Below, piece by piece: positions 8,611 through 17,512 of a DNA stretch of 20,000 nucleotides. This DNA is from an uncultured virus (IMG/VR IMGVR_UViG_3300027734_000063) (Duplodnaviria > Heunggongvirae > Uroviricota > Caudoviricetes). How positions within the stretch are numbered: position 1 is the first letter of the stretch; each line of letters opens with the position of its first letter. Made by a program: the position numbers and the translations under genes. The stretch lies in the IMG/VR virus record IMGVR_UViG_3300027734_000063; one strand, given 5' to 3'. Below the pieces are notes generated by a model. The model saw only the letters and a list, made by a program, of their open reading frames with translations. It did no database searches and was not told the origin of the DNA.

Positions 8611-9099
8611 CTATCCGTAGAAAATAGTCGTAGTTACAACAGAATCTGGCAACAAACAGAATAATCCTTCTGTTGCAAGAATACCTTCACCTGGAATTAA
8701 CGTGTAAAACGATGTACCTGAAGAACAATCTATTTCGGTCAGAATTTTAGGATACATTGTTACGTTACCGCTTGTAGTTAAACTTGCTGTAGTTACAGTA
8801 AATGTATTAGTTGATACGTTTGCCACAGTAAAACAGTCGTCTACTGCTGACCCACTAGTAAAGTTTAAACCTACTCTAGCGCCATTTGACAGTCCATGAC
8901 TAGCAATAGTCACTGTGCAGACTGTTGATCCTGGAATATTGTACGTTCCAGTTAAAGCACCAGCAGTATCAAGTACAGCAGTGTTATAGGTTGTAGCCGT
9001 AGTTGGGGATGTAACCACACCTTTTAAACGTGTACGAGCGCCATACGCAAGCGATGAGCTTGATGCGTGAAACGACTTTACGTCATATTGCATACCCAT
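8611..9099 (-). CDS. Virion structural protein, paralog A (FCCH-like beta insert)
   Basis: MGMQYDVKS..RLK..NTAV..TVTIASHG..LIPGEGI..IFYG; GGAG RBS. Confidence 0.75.
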   Translation of the reverse strand: MGMQYDVKSFHASSSSLAYGARTRLKGVVTSPTTATTYNTAVLDTAGALTGTYNIPGSTVCTVTIASHGLSNGARVGLNFTSGSAVDDCFTVANVSTNTFTVTTASLTTSGNVTMYPKILTEIDCSSGTSFYTLIPGEGILATEGLFCLLPDSVVTTTIFYG

Positions 9100-9121
9100 A
9101 ATTAATCTCCAAAAGTTAAGA

Positions 9122-9145
9122 TGAGTTAGGGTTTTCCCTAACTCA
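9122..9145 (-). terminator. Intergenic 10-bp hairpin (weak terminator or mRNA stabiliser)
   Basis: TGAGTTAGGG-N4-CCCTAACTCA perfect stem; only an imperfect U-tract follows on the minus strand (UCUUAACUUUU). Confidence 0.55.
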
Positions 9146-9154
9146 CGAGATTAA

Positions 9155-9577
9155 TTAAGCATCGCCAGCTAGTGCGCTAGTAATAGCAAGCCAAGGAGCT
9201 GATTGATTGCCATTTCCAGCCCATTGAACTACTGAATTAACAGCAACGTTACAGCCAGCAGCGTTTTCGTTTACTGGTTGTGTGCCGTATCCTTTCAGGA
9301 TATGAACCAAAGTAGGGTCTTGGTTATATACCTGACCACCAATACCGTTGTAATTAGCGTCAGCTGGGTAGTAACCAACAGCAAAAGTTCCGCTAGTAAC
9401 TTCTGGAAGTACCAAAGTAACCACGCCAGCAGGACCACCTTGGGCTGTAGCTAAGATTACATAAGATCCACCAGCATCAATGTTAATTGGAGAAACATCA
9501 GCAGAAGTGATGTATTGAATTGGAGTTGCAAAACCGTTCAGCGATCTGACGGGGCCTGTAAAGGTGGTATATGCCAT
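9155..9577 (-). CDS. Head-associated structural protein (first gene after the capsid)
   Basis: Likely start ATG at 9577 (MAYTTFTGPVRSLNGF) behind an AAGGA RBS, rather than the ORF-track start at 9598. Confidence 0.75.
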   Translation of the reverse strand: MAYTTFTGPVRSLNGFATPIQYITSADVSPINIDAGGSYVILATAQGGPAGVVTLVLPEVTSGTFAVGYYPADANYNGIGGQVYNQDPTLVHILKGYGTQPVNENAAGCNVAVNSVVQWAGNGNQSAPWLAITSALAGDA

Positions 9578-9589
9578 GATAAATTTTCC

Positions 9590-9666
9590 TTCATACAAAG
9601 TTCAGCTTATTAGTCTTGTATGCGTCTGCTGGGGCAGTCTAATAAGCGGGTAACACCCAGATACAA
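9590..9666 (-). ncRNA. Structured pseudoknotted RNA, candidate Mu-gpT-DE motif
   Basis: Minus strand: 9-bp stem GCUUAUUAG/CUAAUAAGC (9605-13 with 9639-47) encloses the hairpin CUGC-CCCA-GCAG. The loop can pair with 5' CUGGG (9656-60), and internal CAUACAA (9616-22) pairs with UUGUAUG (9592-98). It lies directly downstream of a Mu gpT-like capsid gene on the same strand. Confidence 0.65.
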
Positions 9667-9679
9667 TAATCTTACTACA

Positions 9680-9716
9680 AATAAATAAAAAAAGGGGAGT
9701 TTTTAGCTCCCCTTTT
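9680..9716 (-). terminator. Rho-independent terminator after the major capsid gene
   Basis: Minus strand AAAAGGGGAG-CTAAAAA-CTCCCCTTTT continuing into TTTATTTATTT, about 10 nt after the MCP stop. Confidence 0.85.
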
Positions 9717-9725
9717 CCAGACACA

Positions 9726-10634
9726 TTAAGCGCCTTGTGATCCCCACATTCCGAGTGGATCAGACCAGCCAAAGCTATAACGTTCACGAGACTTGTAACG
9801 GACGTTACCAGTATCGAAGTCGCCATCCATGCCAGTACTCAAAGGAGTACGGACAAAGTGCTTCATGCCGTTAGGTACATCAGTTGTCAAGAACCAAGCA
9901 TTGGTGTCGGTCAAGAAGTGGTTAATTGTGTAACCATCTGGAATCGAACCATTGTTCTTAATTGCGTTGATGTCGTTATCAGCTGTACCAACACGCAATT
10001 CAGTTTCGAGCAAACGAGTTGCAACGAACTGTAGTGCAGGTGGAACAACCAACTTCTTAGGTTTAGCAGCAATTAACAATGAACGCTCGTCTGTCCACAG
10101 AGAGATTTGAATAACAGCGGCTTCCAAAGAAGTCTCATTCAAGTCAGCTGGGGTTGTAGGAATGTTACTGTTAGTGCCACCAGAAACCAATGGGTGGTCA
10201 TTAGCAAACAATGCAACACCGTCACCACCTGGGTAGGAAGCGGAGAAGCCATTGTTCAATACAGAAGCAGCACGAACTTGCTTTGTATACGCCATGGAAC
10301 GAGCTAACGCCTTGGTATAACGAGCACTTAAGCTGTCATACAAGTTGTCCTCAATTGCCTCTTCCGTTAGGGAGAAGCCCTGAGCAATCGTTACGTGTGT
10401 ATAGCGAGCTGTCCAAGCCTCTTGACCGTTGTCATAAGCAATTGCGGAGCCTTCGTTTTTAACTGGGGCAGCACTAAAGCCTGACAATTTGGTCTCTTCT
10501 TCGAAAGAACGCTCAGAGGTCTCTGTTTCATAGATCTCTTTGTGCTCTTGTCCATATGTTGCGTACTCAAGTCCGAACAATGCGTTCAATCCTGGGAGCA
10601 ACTCTTTCAGTAGTTGTGCTCTTGAAATAGCCAT
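9726..10634 (-). CDS. Major capsid protein (Mu-like gpT family, HK97 fold)
   Basis: 302 aa; MAISRAQLLKELLPGL, EGSAIAYD, TEEAIEDNLY, GGDGVALF..HP, KKLVVPPAL, TDTNAWFL, RERYSFGWSDP; strong RBS and a terminator. Confidence 0.9.
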   Translation of the reverse strand: MAISRAQLLKELLPGLNALFGLEYATYGQEHKEIYETETSERSFEEETKLSGFSAAPVKNEGSAIAYDNGQEAWTARYTHVTIAQGFSLTEEAIEDNLYDSLSARYTKALARSMAYTKQVRAASVLNNGFSASYPGGDGVALFANDHPLVSGGTNSNIPTTPADLNETSLEAAVIQISLWTDERSLLIAAKPKKLVVPPALQFVATRLLETELRVGTADNDINAIKNNGSIPDGYTINHFLTDTNAWFLTTDVPNGMKHFVRTPLSTGMDGDFDTGNVRYKSRERYSFGWSDPLGMWGSQGA

Positions 10635-10647
10635 TTTTTAGCTCCTA

Positions 10648-11271
10648 TTAAGCAACATAATTCAAGCCAGTGGCTCGAAGAATTTGCGGATTGTTTAACT
10701 TAACTACGACCTCTACATAACCTGCAGTAGTTTCAGTCCCTGGAACAGTTTCAACAACACGAACAGGTAATGTTGCTGCGCTACCTGCGGCATTACTAGC
10801 AACAAGAACACCTGCGCCAGAGTTACCAGTAGTTGTATCACCAGTGCCTTGGTCAATTGCCATGTTTACACCAACAATGCTTTGGTTAACAGTAGTAACA
10901 ACGCTGTTTGCGTATACGACAGCAACTTTAAAAGCAGCCATAGGATCGTCAACTACATAAGCAATAGCGCTAGTAGCAGCAGCATTGCCAGGATAGTATT
11001 GAGCTTGAACTGTTTGACTTTGACCATTTACATACTGGCAGCCCATAAATACACCATAAGTGTAGTTAGCAGCTGAAGTTGTAGAGTCGTTTGTAACGCC
11101 TGATACTGCAATAGTGCCACCTGCAACTAAAGCCACAATGTCCCCGTAGAAAATTGGAGTGTTATAAGTACTCGCAATTGGCAACTGACGGGTTGCACCA
11201 GCGTAGGGTTTACCATCTACACTGTTGATTGGGCGAAAGCCATAGGGAGCATTAACGGTTGGATAAGCCAT
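10648..11271 (-). CDS. Capsid decoration/cement-like protein
   Basis: 207 aa immediately upstream of the MCP; APYGFRP, IFYGDIV, GVFMGCQY, VVDDP motifs; AGGAG RBS. Confidence 0.65.
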   Translation of the reverse strand: MAYPTVNAPYGFRPINSVDGKPYAGATRQLPIASTYNTPIFYGDIVALVAGGTIAVSGVTNDSTTSAANYTYGVFMGCQYVNGQSQTVQAQYYPGNAAATSAIAYVVDDPMAAFKVAVVYANSVVTTVNQSIVGVNMAIDQGTGDTTTGNSGAGVLVASNAAGSAATLPVRVVETVPGTETTAGYVEVVVKLNNPQILRATGLNYVA

Positions 11272-11296
11272 TTGAATCTCCTAAAATTAAAAAAAA

Positions 11297-11746
11297 TTAA
11301 CCACCTTTGCCAAAACTATTTGTCGTCTTTCTCTCATTAAAGAGAGGCATACGAGGATCGTTTTGACGCATGAGCGTGTTGTCTACTGCTTCCATTTGTT
11401 GGTCGCTTTGGATTTTGTAATATTCATTACGCTGCCGAACGAGCTCTTTTGGAGTTTTGCATAACAACAAGCCACCAATCTCAATATTGTCTCTAAAACG
11501 ACTATTGGGATCGATTAATAGCTGAAACTTAGGCTGTTCCTCAGCCTTAACGGGTTCCCATCCTTCTCTGAGTTTGGCAGAGAGATTGCGGGGATCCGCA
11601 TTGTTTAAAGTAGATACCCTGATCCAACGATACGCATAACCTTCCTGCTTATCTGGTTCTGGCAACAACTCTGGTGGTTTCCATGCTTCTGGTCGCACTG
11701 ATTGTTGACGAGTTTCTATTTCACGAGGTTTTCTGTTTTCAGCCAT
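11297..11746 (-). CDS. Conserved head-module hypothetical protein
   Basis: Probable start ATG at 11746 (MAENRKPRE) behind GGAG; GYAYRWIR..REGWEPV..IGGLLLCKTP; ends FGKGG. Confidence 0.75.
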   Translation of the reverse strand: MAENRKPREIETRQQSVRPEAWKPPELLPEPDKQEGYAYRWIRVSTLNNADPRNLSAKLREGWEPVKAEEQPKFQLLIDPNSRFRDNIEIGGLLLCKTPKELVRQRNEYYKIQSDQQMEAVDNTLMRQNDPRMPLFNERKTTNSFGKGG

Positions 11747-11747
11747 T

Positions 11748-12716
11748 TTAGGACTCCAGTTTTGTAAGTTCACGAGCATATTGCTCTGGGGTTAGATTGA
11801 ATTTCTTTGCCAGTTGTAACTGCGTGGCGGTAAGTCTGACTTTTTTTGGAGAGGTAGACCTAGTCGCTGGCGCAACTACTGTGCTCGGCTTACTAGTTTT
11901 TGTAGAGGGTTTGGTCTCTACCTCAGAAGAGTATTTGGTCTCTTCAGCTATCCCAAATTTCTCTGGGAAACGTTGACGCATTTCTTTGTCAATCACGCCA
12001 TAATAGTGATCAGAGCCAATTGCAACTCCTTCACGCTCAAGGCGTCTATGAATACCCATTGCTAGGTAACTCATATCATCATCAGTCCCATACCAGCTGT
12101 TTTTGTCCAGCCACGCTTGGGTTTTTGAGTCCAAACGTTGGGTCTGAGGTATTTGTACCTCATTTTCTTCAGATTGTAAAGCATCTTGTGAAAATTCAGG
12201 TTTATATCTTTCTAAATCCTGAGCTTTCATTTTGACTTCGGTTAGTTTTTCTTGGGCATCAACCAAAAGATCAGAGTCTCCAGAGTTATAAGCATCCTTA
12301 TAAGCCTGTTTAGCCAACTCTAACTCACGGGTAACGTTTTCTTTGTAATTGCTTACAAGCGTTTGTTCCCCAGCTGACAGTTTTGTCTTAAGACGTTTGT
12401 TTTCTTCAATAATTTTTTGAGCAAAATCAATAGCTTCTTGACGTTCCTTGTCTGCAGCGTCTTTAGCTCTGCGTTCATCGTTGTAGACTTTTTTCATCTG
12501 CAACAATTTCTTTTTTGCCTCTCCAGTAAAGGCTTCTAGATCATCGTTATCGAGTTCTTCAACGATTTCAGCTGGCATAGGCTCTGCATTTATCCTATCT
12601 TCTACTGGTGTATCGTCTTCAACTTCAATTTCAATGGGTTCTAACTCCTCAACTTCAGGCTCTTCTTTAGAAATTTGATCTGGAAATTTAAATTCAGTCA
12701 TTTGCATTTCTTGCAT
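11748..12716 (-). CDS. Putative scaffolding protein
   Basis: Acidic N-terminus, long coiled coil, C-terminal LTATQLQLAKKFNLTPEQYAR helix-turn-helix; positioned between portal and MCP. Confidence 0.7.
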   Translation of the reverse strand: MQEMQMTEFKFPDQISKEEPEVEELEPIEIEVEDDTPVEDRINAEPMPAEIVEELDNDDLEAFTGEAKKKLLQMKKVYNDERRAKDAADKERQEAIDFAQKIIEENKRLKTKLSAGEQTLVSNYKENVTRELELAKQAYKDAYNSGDSDLLVDAQEKLTEVKMKAQDLERYKPEFSQDALQSEENEVQIPQTQRLDSKTQAWLDKNSWYGTDDDMSYLAMGIHRRLEREGVAIGSDHYYGVIDKEMRQRFPEKFGIAEETKYSSEVETKPSTKTSKPSTVVAPATRSTSPKKVRLTATQLQLAKKFNLTPEQYARELTKLES

Positions 12717-12726
12717 AATTTTCTCC

Positions 12727-13149
12727 TTATGCTCTGGTTATGCCACGGGGATCTTGGACTATTCCTTCTACAGAATCGTCATTGATGATCCTAAATTCAC
12801 GTCCGTGGATCTTTAATCGTGTGCCAGAATTTGGTCTGGCTAGAATAAAGTCACCTTCTTTACACCATGGTCCAGTTGGGAACCGAGTTGCGTCTTTGTA
12901 ACAATCAGGTCCCATCTTAACTACGAAGAATACGGTAGAAAGTAGCTCTTCCGTGTGCATAGTGGTATCCGCTTTGAGAATACCGCTTTCAAATTCCTTC
13001 TCTTGCTCTGGAATAGCTACCAAAATACGGTATCCAGAGGGTTCAGGAAGGGCTTTTGCCTTTTCTTCGTTACTTGCACTAAAGTTTACTGCGCCTACAA
13101 CTTGTGGCTGATTGGGATTTGAGCCAATCAGTATCGTTGTATCACTCAT
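12727..13149 (-). CDS. groES: Phage GroES-like co-chaperonin (Cpn10)
   Basis: PSGYRILV, SGIL, VVKMGP, CKEGDFIL, GREFRIINDDSVEGIV follow the Cpn10 motif order. Confidence 0.8.
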   Translation of the reverse strand: MSDTTILIGSNPNQPQVVGAVNFSASNEEKAKALPEPSGYRILVAIPEQEKEFESGILKADTTMHTEELLSTVFFVVKMGPDCYKDATRFPTGPWCKEGDFILARPNSGTRLKIHGREFRIINDDSVEGIVQDPRGITRA

Positions 13150-13333
13150 CCGAGTTCTCCATTCTATGTTTGAGGTCTGTTAAGGTTAAACACGCAGACT
13201 CAAGACCTCTAATTTGTCCACATGCGTACTTATATTCCTCAAAATTGGTGCAATTTCCCGCAGAAACAGCTTTTTGGAGCATGTCTATGCGTTCTTTGTA
13301 CTCTCTTAAGAGGTAATCAAGGTTTTGATCCAC
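13142..13333 (-). CDS. Small helical hypothetical protein after the portal
   Basis: 63 aa; EEYKYACGQIRGL; overlaps both neighbours. Confidence 0.75.
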   Translation of the reverse strand: MDQNLDYLLREYKERIDMLQKAVSAGNCTNFEEYKYACGQIRGLESACLTLTDLKHRMENSDE

Positions 13334-15765
13334 TATTTTTTCCCTGTTTGAGGTTTATTAACATTGGCTACTGCTTGCATTGCTTTGAGTTCTAGCTCTT
13401 GCTTGTCTTTCTGTAGTTTGGACATCAGACTAGCTTGGGCTATACGCTCTTGTGAAGCAATTCTTTCCTTCTCAATCTGTTGCTGGGCTGCTTTGGCAGC
13501 TGCATCAGCTTGATCTTTCTGCATCTTCCGCTGTTCTTCTTGCTCTTTAAGCTGAAGTTCTTTGGCTTGCATTTGAATTACTGGGTCTTGTGCTGCTTGT
13601 TGAGCTTGCTGGGCAGCAATCTCTGTTTTGTTGCGTCTTAATAGCTCATCGGAGGCTTGTGCAGCCATCTTGGAGATCTGAACTTCCATATCCCGTGGAA
13701 TAGCTTCTTCGTCTTCCTCTTCGCCAGTAGGCAATGGAATACCCATCATTTCTTCCATCTGCTTGCGGTATTCAAACGCTAAGTGCTGTTGAATATGCGC
13801 CATGGCAGCTGCGCCAATAGCTTGCGCTTGTGGGTTTTGACCAATTAACTGAGCCAGTTTAGGGTCTTGCATGGCGTTCATATGCACTTGAATATGAGCC
13901 TGATGGTCTTGATACATAAACGCCTTGACGGGTTTCATGTTCAAGATGTTCATGTTCTCTGTTACAGGATCTTCTGGCATCTGATCATCTTCAATCTTAA
14001 CCAGCTTCTTAGCGTTTTTAATACCTAGAACTTCTAGCATCTGGCGGTGGAGTTGTCCTAAGTCGTACAGCTGCGGAGCTTGCTGGGCAAGTTGCAGAAC
14101 TGCTTGATATTGAACAATCTTTTGCGCCATGGTTGCGGCATTTGGATCGCTAACTGGGATGACATCTACGTTGTCATAATCAGACTGCTTGGCAAAACGA
14201 GTGCCAACGTCAGGTGTGTAACTATAGTCTGGCGGGGTGTAATCACGGATGATGTCTTTAAGGAGCTTTAACTCCTGCTTCATCGAATAATGAACACGAG
14301 CTTGAACCGCAGACATGACTTTAAGGGTGCGCTCTAGAATAGCCAGAGTCGTGCCCACTGGGGTGTTAGCTGACATATCGGCAATCTTCATATCCGATGC
14401 CGAGGCAAATCTACGACCTTCTTCTACAATTGTGCCAAGCAAGCTATAGAGGACTTGTGAGGGTTCCTTATATGGTAATGGCAGAATGTTGTCTTTGAGG
14501 ACACCGCTTGGGACATCAACGTCTCGGAACTCTCCAGGGCTGATCGGGGTGTCATCGCCTTTGATTCGCAAGCCACGGGCCTTAAAGCCACCTGGCAAGT
14601 TTGAAAGTGTTCCAGCATCGACAAGCTGCCGAATAATAGACGTTCCAGACTTTGCAAAGGCGCCCACAAGATGAATGAGACCAAAGCAGTAAAAGCCAAA
14701 ACCAGGAACATACCCGTAATGTACGAAGTGATTGCGTTTTTGTTTAGTTTCATCTTCAGGTCTCCAGTTTCTACGGATCGCCAATACTTTCTGCGTTCCC
14801 TTTTCTACAGTGACAATGTATGGAAGAGCAATTCCAGTTAATTTATCATCTTCATCTTTGTCTTCAAAACCCTCAACATCCAGATTGACTTGGATTTCAA
14901 GGATTTTATAGCGGTCATCGGAGGTTGCTTGGAACCCCATCTTTTCCGCAATTTTCTTTTCTACTTCATCAAATGCAGTCGATGGCTCACCTAACTCAAT
15001 GTCTCGGTAAAAACCAGCTACTTGCAGTTTGCGTAATTCGTTTTCTGTCTTGCGCATAACGTGTGTAACACGCTCGGCAGTTTGCAGGTCTGATGCGCCA
15101 TAAGGAACAATCAAGTCTTCAGCTGGCACAAACAACGCTACTTGGCGGTTTAGTGACGGATCAAAGTAAACCTTCTTAAAGGCGTTACCTGAAAGACCAA
15201 GACCCCAGCACATACGCTCATGTTCTGGACGGTACTCAGGCATCTTTTCGGTAATCTGGTAGTTCATGTCCTTTTGAACACGATCAGCAGAAGCCATAAT
15301 TTCAGGGGTTTCTCTGCCAATAACTACGGTCTTAACGGGACCAGCTGGAGGCAAAGTCTCCATGACTGTTTCAGCTTGGAACTTAACTAGGGCTTCTGAT
15401 AACAACGGATGGAATACGCCACAAGCGCCTTCCCAAGGTTCAGAACGAATTTCAATCTTCATTCCCAATAGCTCAATGCCATCGGTGTAGGTCTGCATCC
15501 ATTCTTTACGGGAACCAACGTCTGCTTCTACGTCACCTAAAAGATCGCCACTTAACTGTGTTAAATACCCTTCTTCTAGGTATTCGGCAAGGTTACAGTC
15601 AAAGTCATCTGGTCCTTCTTCTTCAGATTCAAGTTCAATCATCATGCCATCAATGCCAATTTTGACTGATTTTGGATCTTCAATCTCAATCTCGATTGGT
15701 TCCATAGCAGCGGAGGCTGCCTCAAGTCCTTGGGGTAATTCGTAGAGTGCCTTATCAATTGCCAT
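13333..15765 (-). CDS. Portal protein with Gln-rich C-terminal coiled coil
   Basis: 810 aa directly after TerL; HPLLSEALVKFQA, GNAFKKVYFD, GFYCFGL, long barrel-like C-terminal helix. Confidence 0.85.
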   Translation of the reverse strand: MAIDKALYELPQGLEAASAAMEPIEIEIEDPKSVKIGIDGMMIELESEEEGPDDFDCNLAEYLEEGYLTQLSGDLLGDVEADVGSRKEWMQTYTDGIELLGMKIEIRSEPWEGACGVFHPLLSEALVKFQAETVMETLPPAGPVKTVVIGRETPEIMASADRVQKDMNYQITEKMPEYRPEHERMCWGLGLSGNAFKKVYFDPSLNRQVALFVPAEDLIVPYGASDLQTAERVTHVMRKTENELRKLQVAGFYRDIELGEPSTAFDEVEKKIAEKMGFQATSDDRYKILEIQVNLDVEGFEDKDEDDKLTGIALPYIVTVEKGTQKVLAIRRNWRPEDETKQKRNHFVHYGYVPGFGFYCFGLIHLVGAFAKSGTSIIRQLVDAGTLSNLPGGFKARGLRIKGDDTPISPGEFRDVDVPSGVLKDNILPLPYKEPSQVLYSLLGTIVEEGRRFASASDMKIADMSANTPVGTTLAILERTLKVMSAVQARVHYSMKQELKLLKDIIRDYTPPDYSYTPDVGTRFAKQSDYDNVDVIPVSDPNAATMAQKIVQYQAVLQLAQQAPQLYDLGQLHRQMLEVLGIKNAKKLVKIEDDQMPEDPVTENMNILNMKPVKAFMYQDHQAHIQVHMNAMQDPKLAQLIGQNPQAQAIGAAAMAHIQQHLAFEYRKQMEEMMGIPLPTGEEEDEEAIPRDMEVQISKMAAQASDELLRRNKTEIAAQQAQQAAQDPVIQMQAKELQLKEQEEQRKMQKDQADAAAKAAQQQIEKERIASQERIAQASLMSKLQKDKQELELKAMQAVANVNKPQTGKK

Positions 15766-15774
15766 AATATTTCC

Positions 15775-17271
15775 TTAGTAATAACTAACTGGTCGTTTAG
15801 ACTTAAAGTACCGTGGTTCGTCTATTTCATCGCTTTGTAGGCGAATGAACCCGCCTTTTCTAAATCGTAATAATGCTTGGGTTGTAGAGTCAACCAAGTC
15901 ATCATGGTCTGAATTTGGGAACGCTGCCATCTCTTCAATAACCTCATCTGCCCACCGTTTCTTTGGTGCCCATACTTTACCTGATGCAAACATATCTGCT
16001 ACAGAGTTTACACGGGAGATCTTGTCATTACCACGGGTTGGCGTAAATTCTTGTACTGGTATACCCATGGATCTTAGCTCAAATATAAGCGGAGCACCAG
16101 AGGCTTTTGCTTCCACAATAAACGCATCTGGTTCCCATTCGTTATACATTTCTAAAGCCCGTTTTTTTAGTTCTGGAAATTCTAGCCGTTCTTTTAGGGC
16201 GTCTAACAGAATAATGTGCGCATCATTAGGATCTTCGTTTTTATAAAAGACTCCCCAAGTCGTGCAAGCTGAGTAGTCTGAACGCTCATTTTTAGTAAAG
16301 GCGGTATCCCAAGACTGGATGACAAAGTCACAGGCTGGCGGTCTTTCTTCTTCCCAGACATTCCACCATTCCCGTTTGACCAGCGCACCTTCCTCGGAAG
16401 ATGGGTCTTGTTGATACTGGGCTGACCATTTAGAAATCGGCAATTCATTGCGCAGTTTTTCTAATTCATCATACGACCAGAACTCAGGCCATAAGGGTTT
16501 ACCTGTAGGCAGGATGGCAGGTAAGTTAATCACTTCCCATTCATCCCCGTCACGCTCAACCATGGACTGGAGGACTCTGCCCGTTAAATCCCGCTTAGAC
16601 CAGCGGGTCATCACGATCACGATTGAACCGCCAGGTTGCAGACGTTGGCGTGGACCAGAACCGTACCATTCAAAGATTTTGTCGTAAACCGAAGGATCAG
16701 AGGCTGCTAGAGCTGCTTCTTGTTCCGAGTGAGGATCGTCAATAATGAGCAGATCTGCTCCTTTACCAGTAACGGTACCGCCCACACCAATAGCAAAATA
16801 ATCGCCATTAGCGTTAGTAGCCCATCGACCAGCAGCTTTACTATCATGGCGCAAAGCAACATTAGGAAAGATCTTTCCATAGACATCTCCGTCTACTAAG
16901 TTACGTACCTTTCGTCCAAAGCCAACTGCTAGTTCTGCGGTGTTAGAACATTGGATAATTTTTTTATGAGGAAACTTGCCAAGATACCAGGCTGGCAATA
17001 AGTAGCTGGCAAACTCAGACTTAGTATGGCGGGGAGGCATATTAATAATAAGACGCTTAGTTTGTCCATTGGCAATCTCCTCAAATTTTTTAGCCATGAC
17101 TGCATGGTGTCTGCCGTGGATAAACCCAGGCCACATGACTTTGACAAACTCCATAAACGAGACTTGTCCTTTTTCCCTGACCAGCGAATCCTGATAGGCT
17201 TGTGCCATTTCCATGATGCTGGCACGTTCACCTTCTCCAAGGCTTTCTAGGATTTTTTCTAATTTACTCAA
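15775..17271 (-). CDS. terL: Terminase large subunit
   Basis: Walker A-like INMPPRHTKSE, Walker B LLIIDDPH, coupling motif VIVMTRW, nuclease motifs QSWDTAF, IVEAKASG, HDDLVDS. Confidence 0.95.
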   Translation of the reverse strand: MSKLEKILESLGEGERASIMEMAQAYQDSLVREKGQVSFMEFVKVMWPGFIHGRHHAVMAKKFEEIANGQTKRLIINMPPRHTKSEFASYLLPAWYLGKFPHKKIIQCSNTAELAVGFGRKVRNLVDGDVYGKIFPNVALRHDSKAAGRWATNANGDYFAIGVGGTVTGKGADLLIIDDPHSEQEAALAASDPSVYDKIFEWYGSGPRQRLQPGGSIVIVMTRWSKRDLTGRVLQSMVERDGDEWEVINLPAILPTGKPLWPEFWSYDELEKLRNELPISKWSAQYQQDPSSEEGALVKREWWNVWEEERPPACDFVIQSWDTAFTKNERSDYSACTTWGVFYKNEDPNDAHIILLDALKERLEFPELKKRALEMYNEWEPDAFIVEAKASGAPLIFELRSMGIPVQEFTPTRGNDKISRVNSVADMFASGKVWAPKKRWADEVIEEMAAFPNSDHDDLVDSTTQALLRFRKGGFIRLQSDEIDEPRYFKSKRPVSYY

Positions 17272-17512
17272 TGTGATGCGCCCGAATGTACTTTGGTCTG
17301 ATAGACCGTGGTCTATTTTTAATCCCTACACACATACCCAGATCAACCAAGCGCCACATCTTGCGGCAGACATTGCCCCGACTTTTCTCTCCAGTCAAAT
17401 ACATAATGTCGTCAATAGACGGACCAAACCCATGTTTTTTCCAAAACGAATCAATCACCAAAAAAATTTCTTTTTGTGCTGGAGTCACGGTAGTAATCTT
17501 ATGCCTTCCCAT
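17264..17512 (-). CDS. LexA-like N-terminal winged-helix DNA-binding protein (no peptidase domain)
   Basis: VTPAQKEIFLVIDSFWKKHGFGPSIDDI...SRGNVCRKMWRLVDLG..RPRSIR mirrors LexA LTxRQ..GxPPSxxEI..LxxLxxKG..xRxI; likely start at 17512. Confidence 0.75.
   Translation of the reverse strand: MGRHKITTVTPAQKEIFLVIDSFWKKHGFGPSIDDIMYLTGEKSRGNVCRKMWRLVDLGMCVGIKNRPRSIRPKYIRAHHIE

Noticed and set aside
8107..11746. Ubiquitin-like conjugation system (C-terminal GG protein plus E1 FCCH-like domains)
   Set aside because: No E1, E2 or JAB catalytic domains and no evident beta-grasp protein; FCCH-like modules are ordinary inserts in phage structural proteins.
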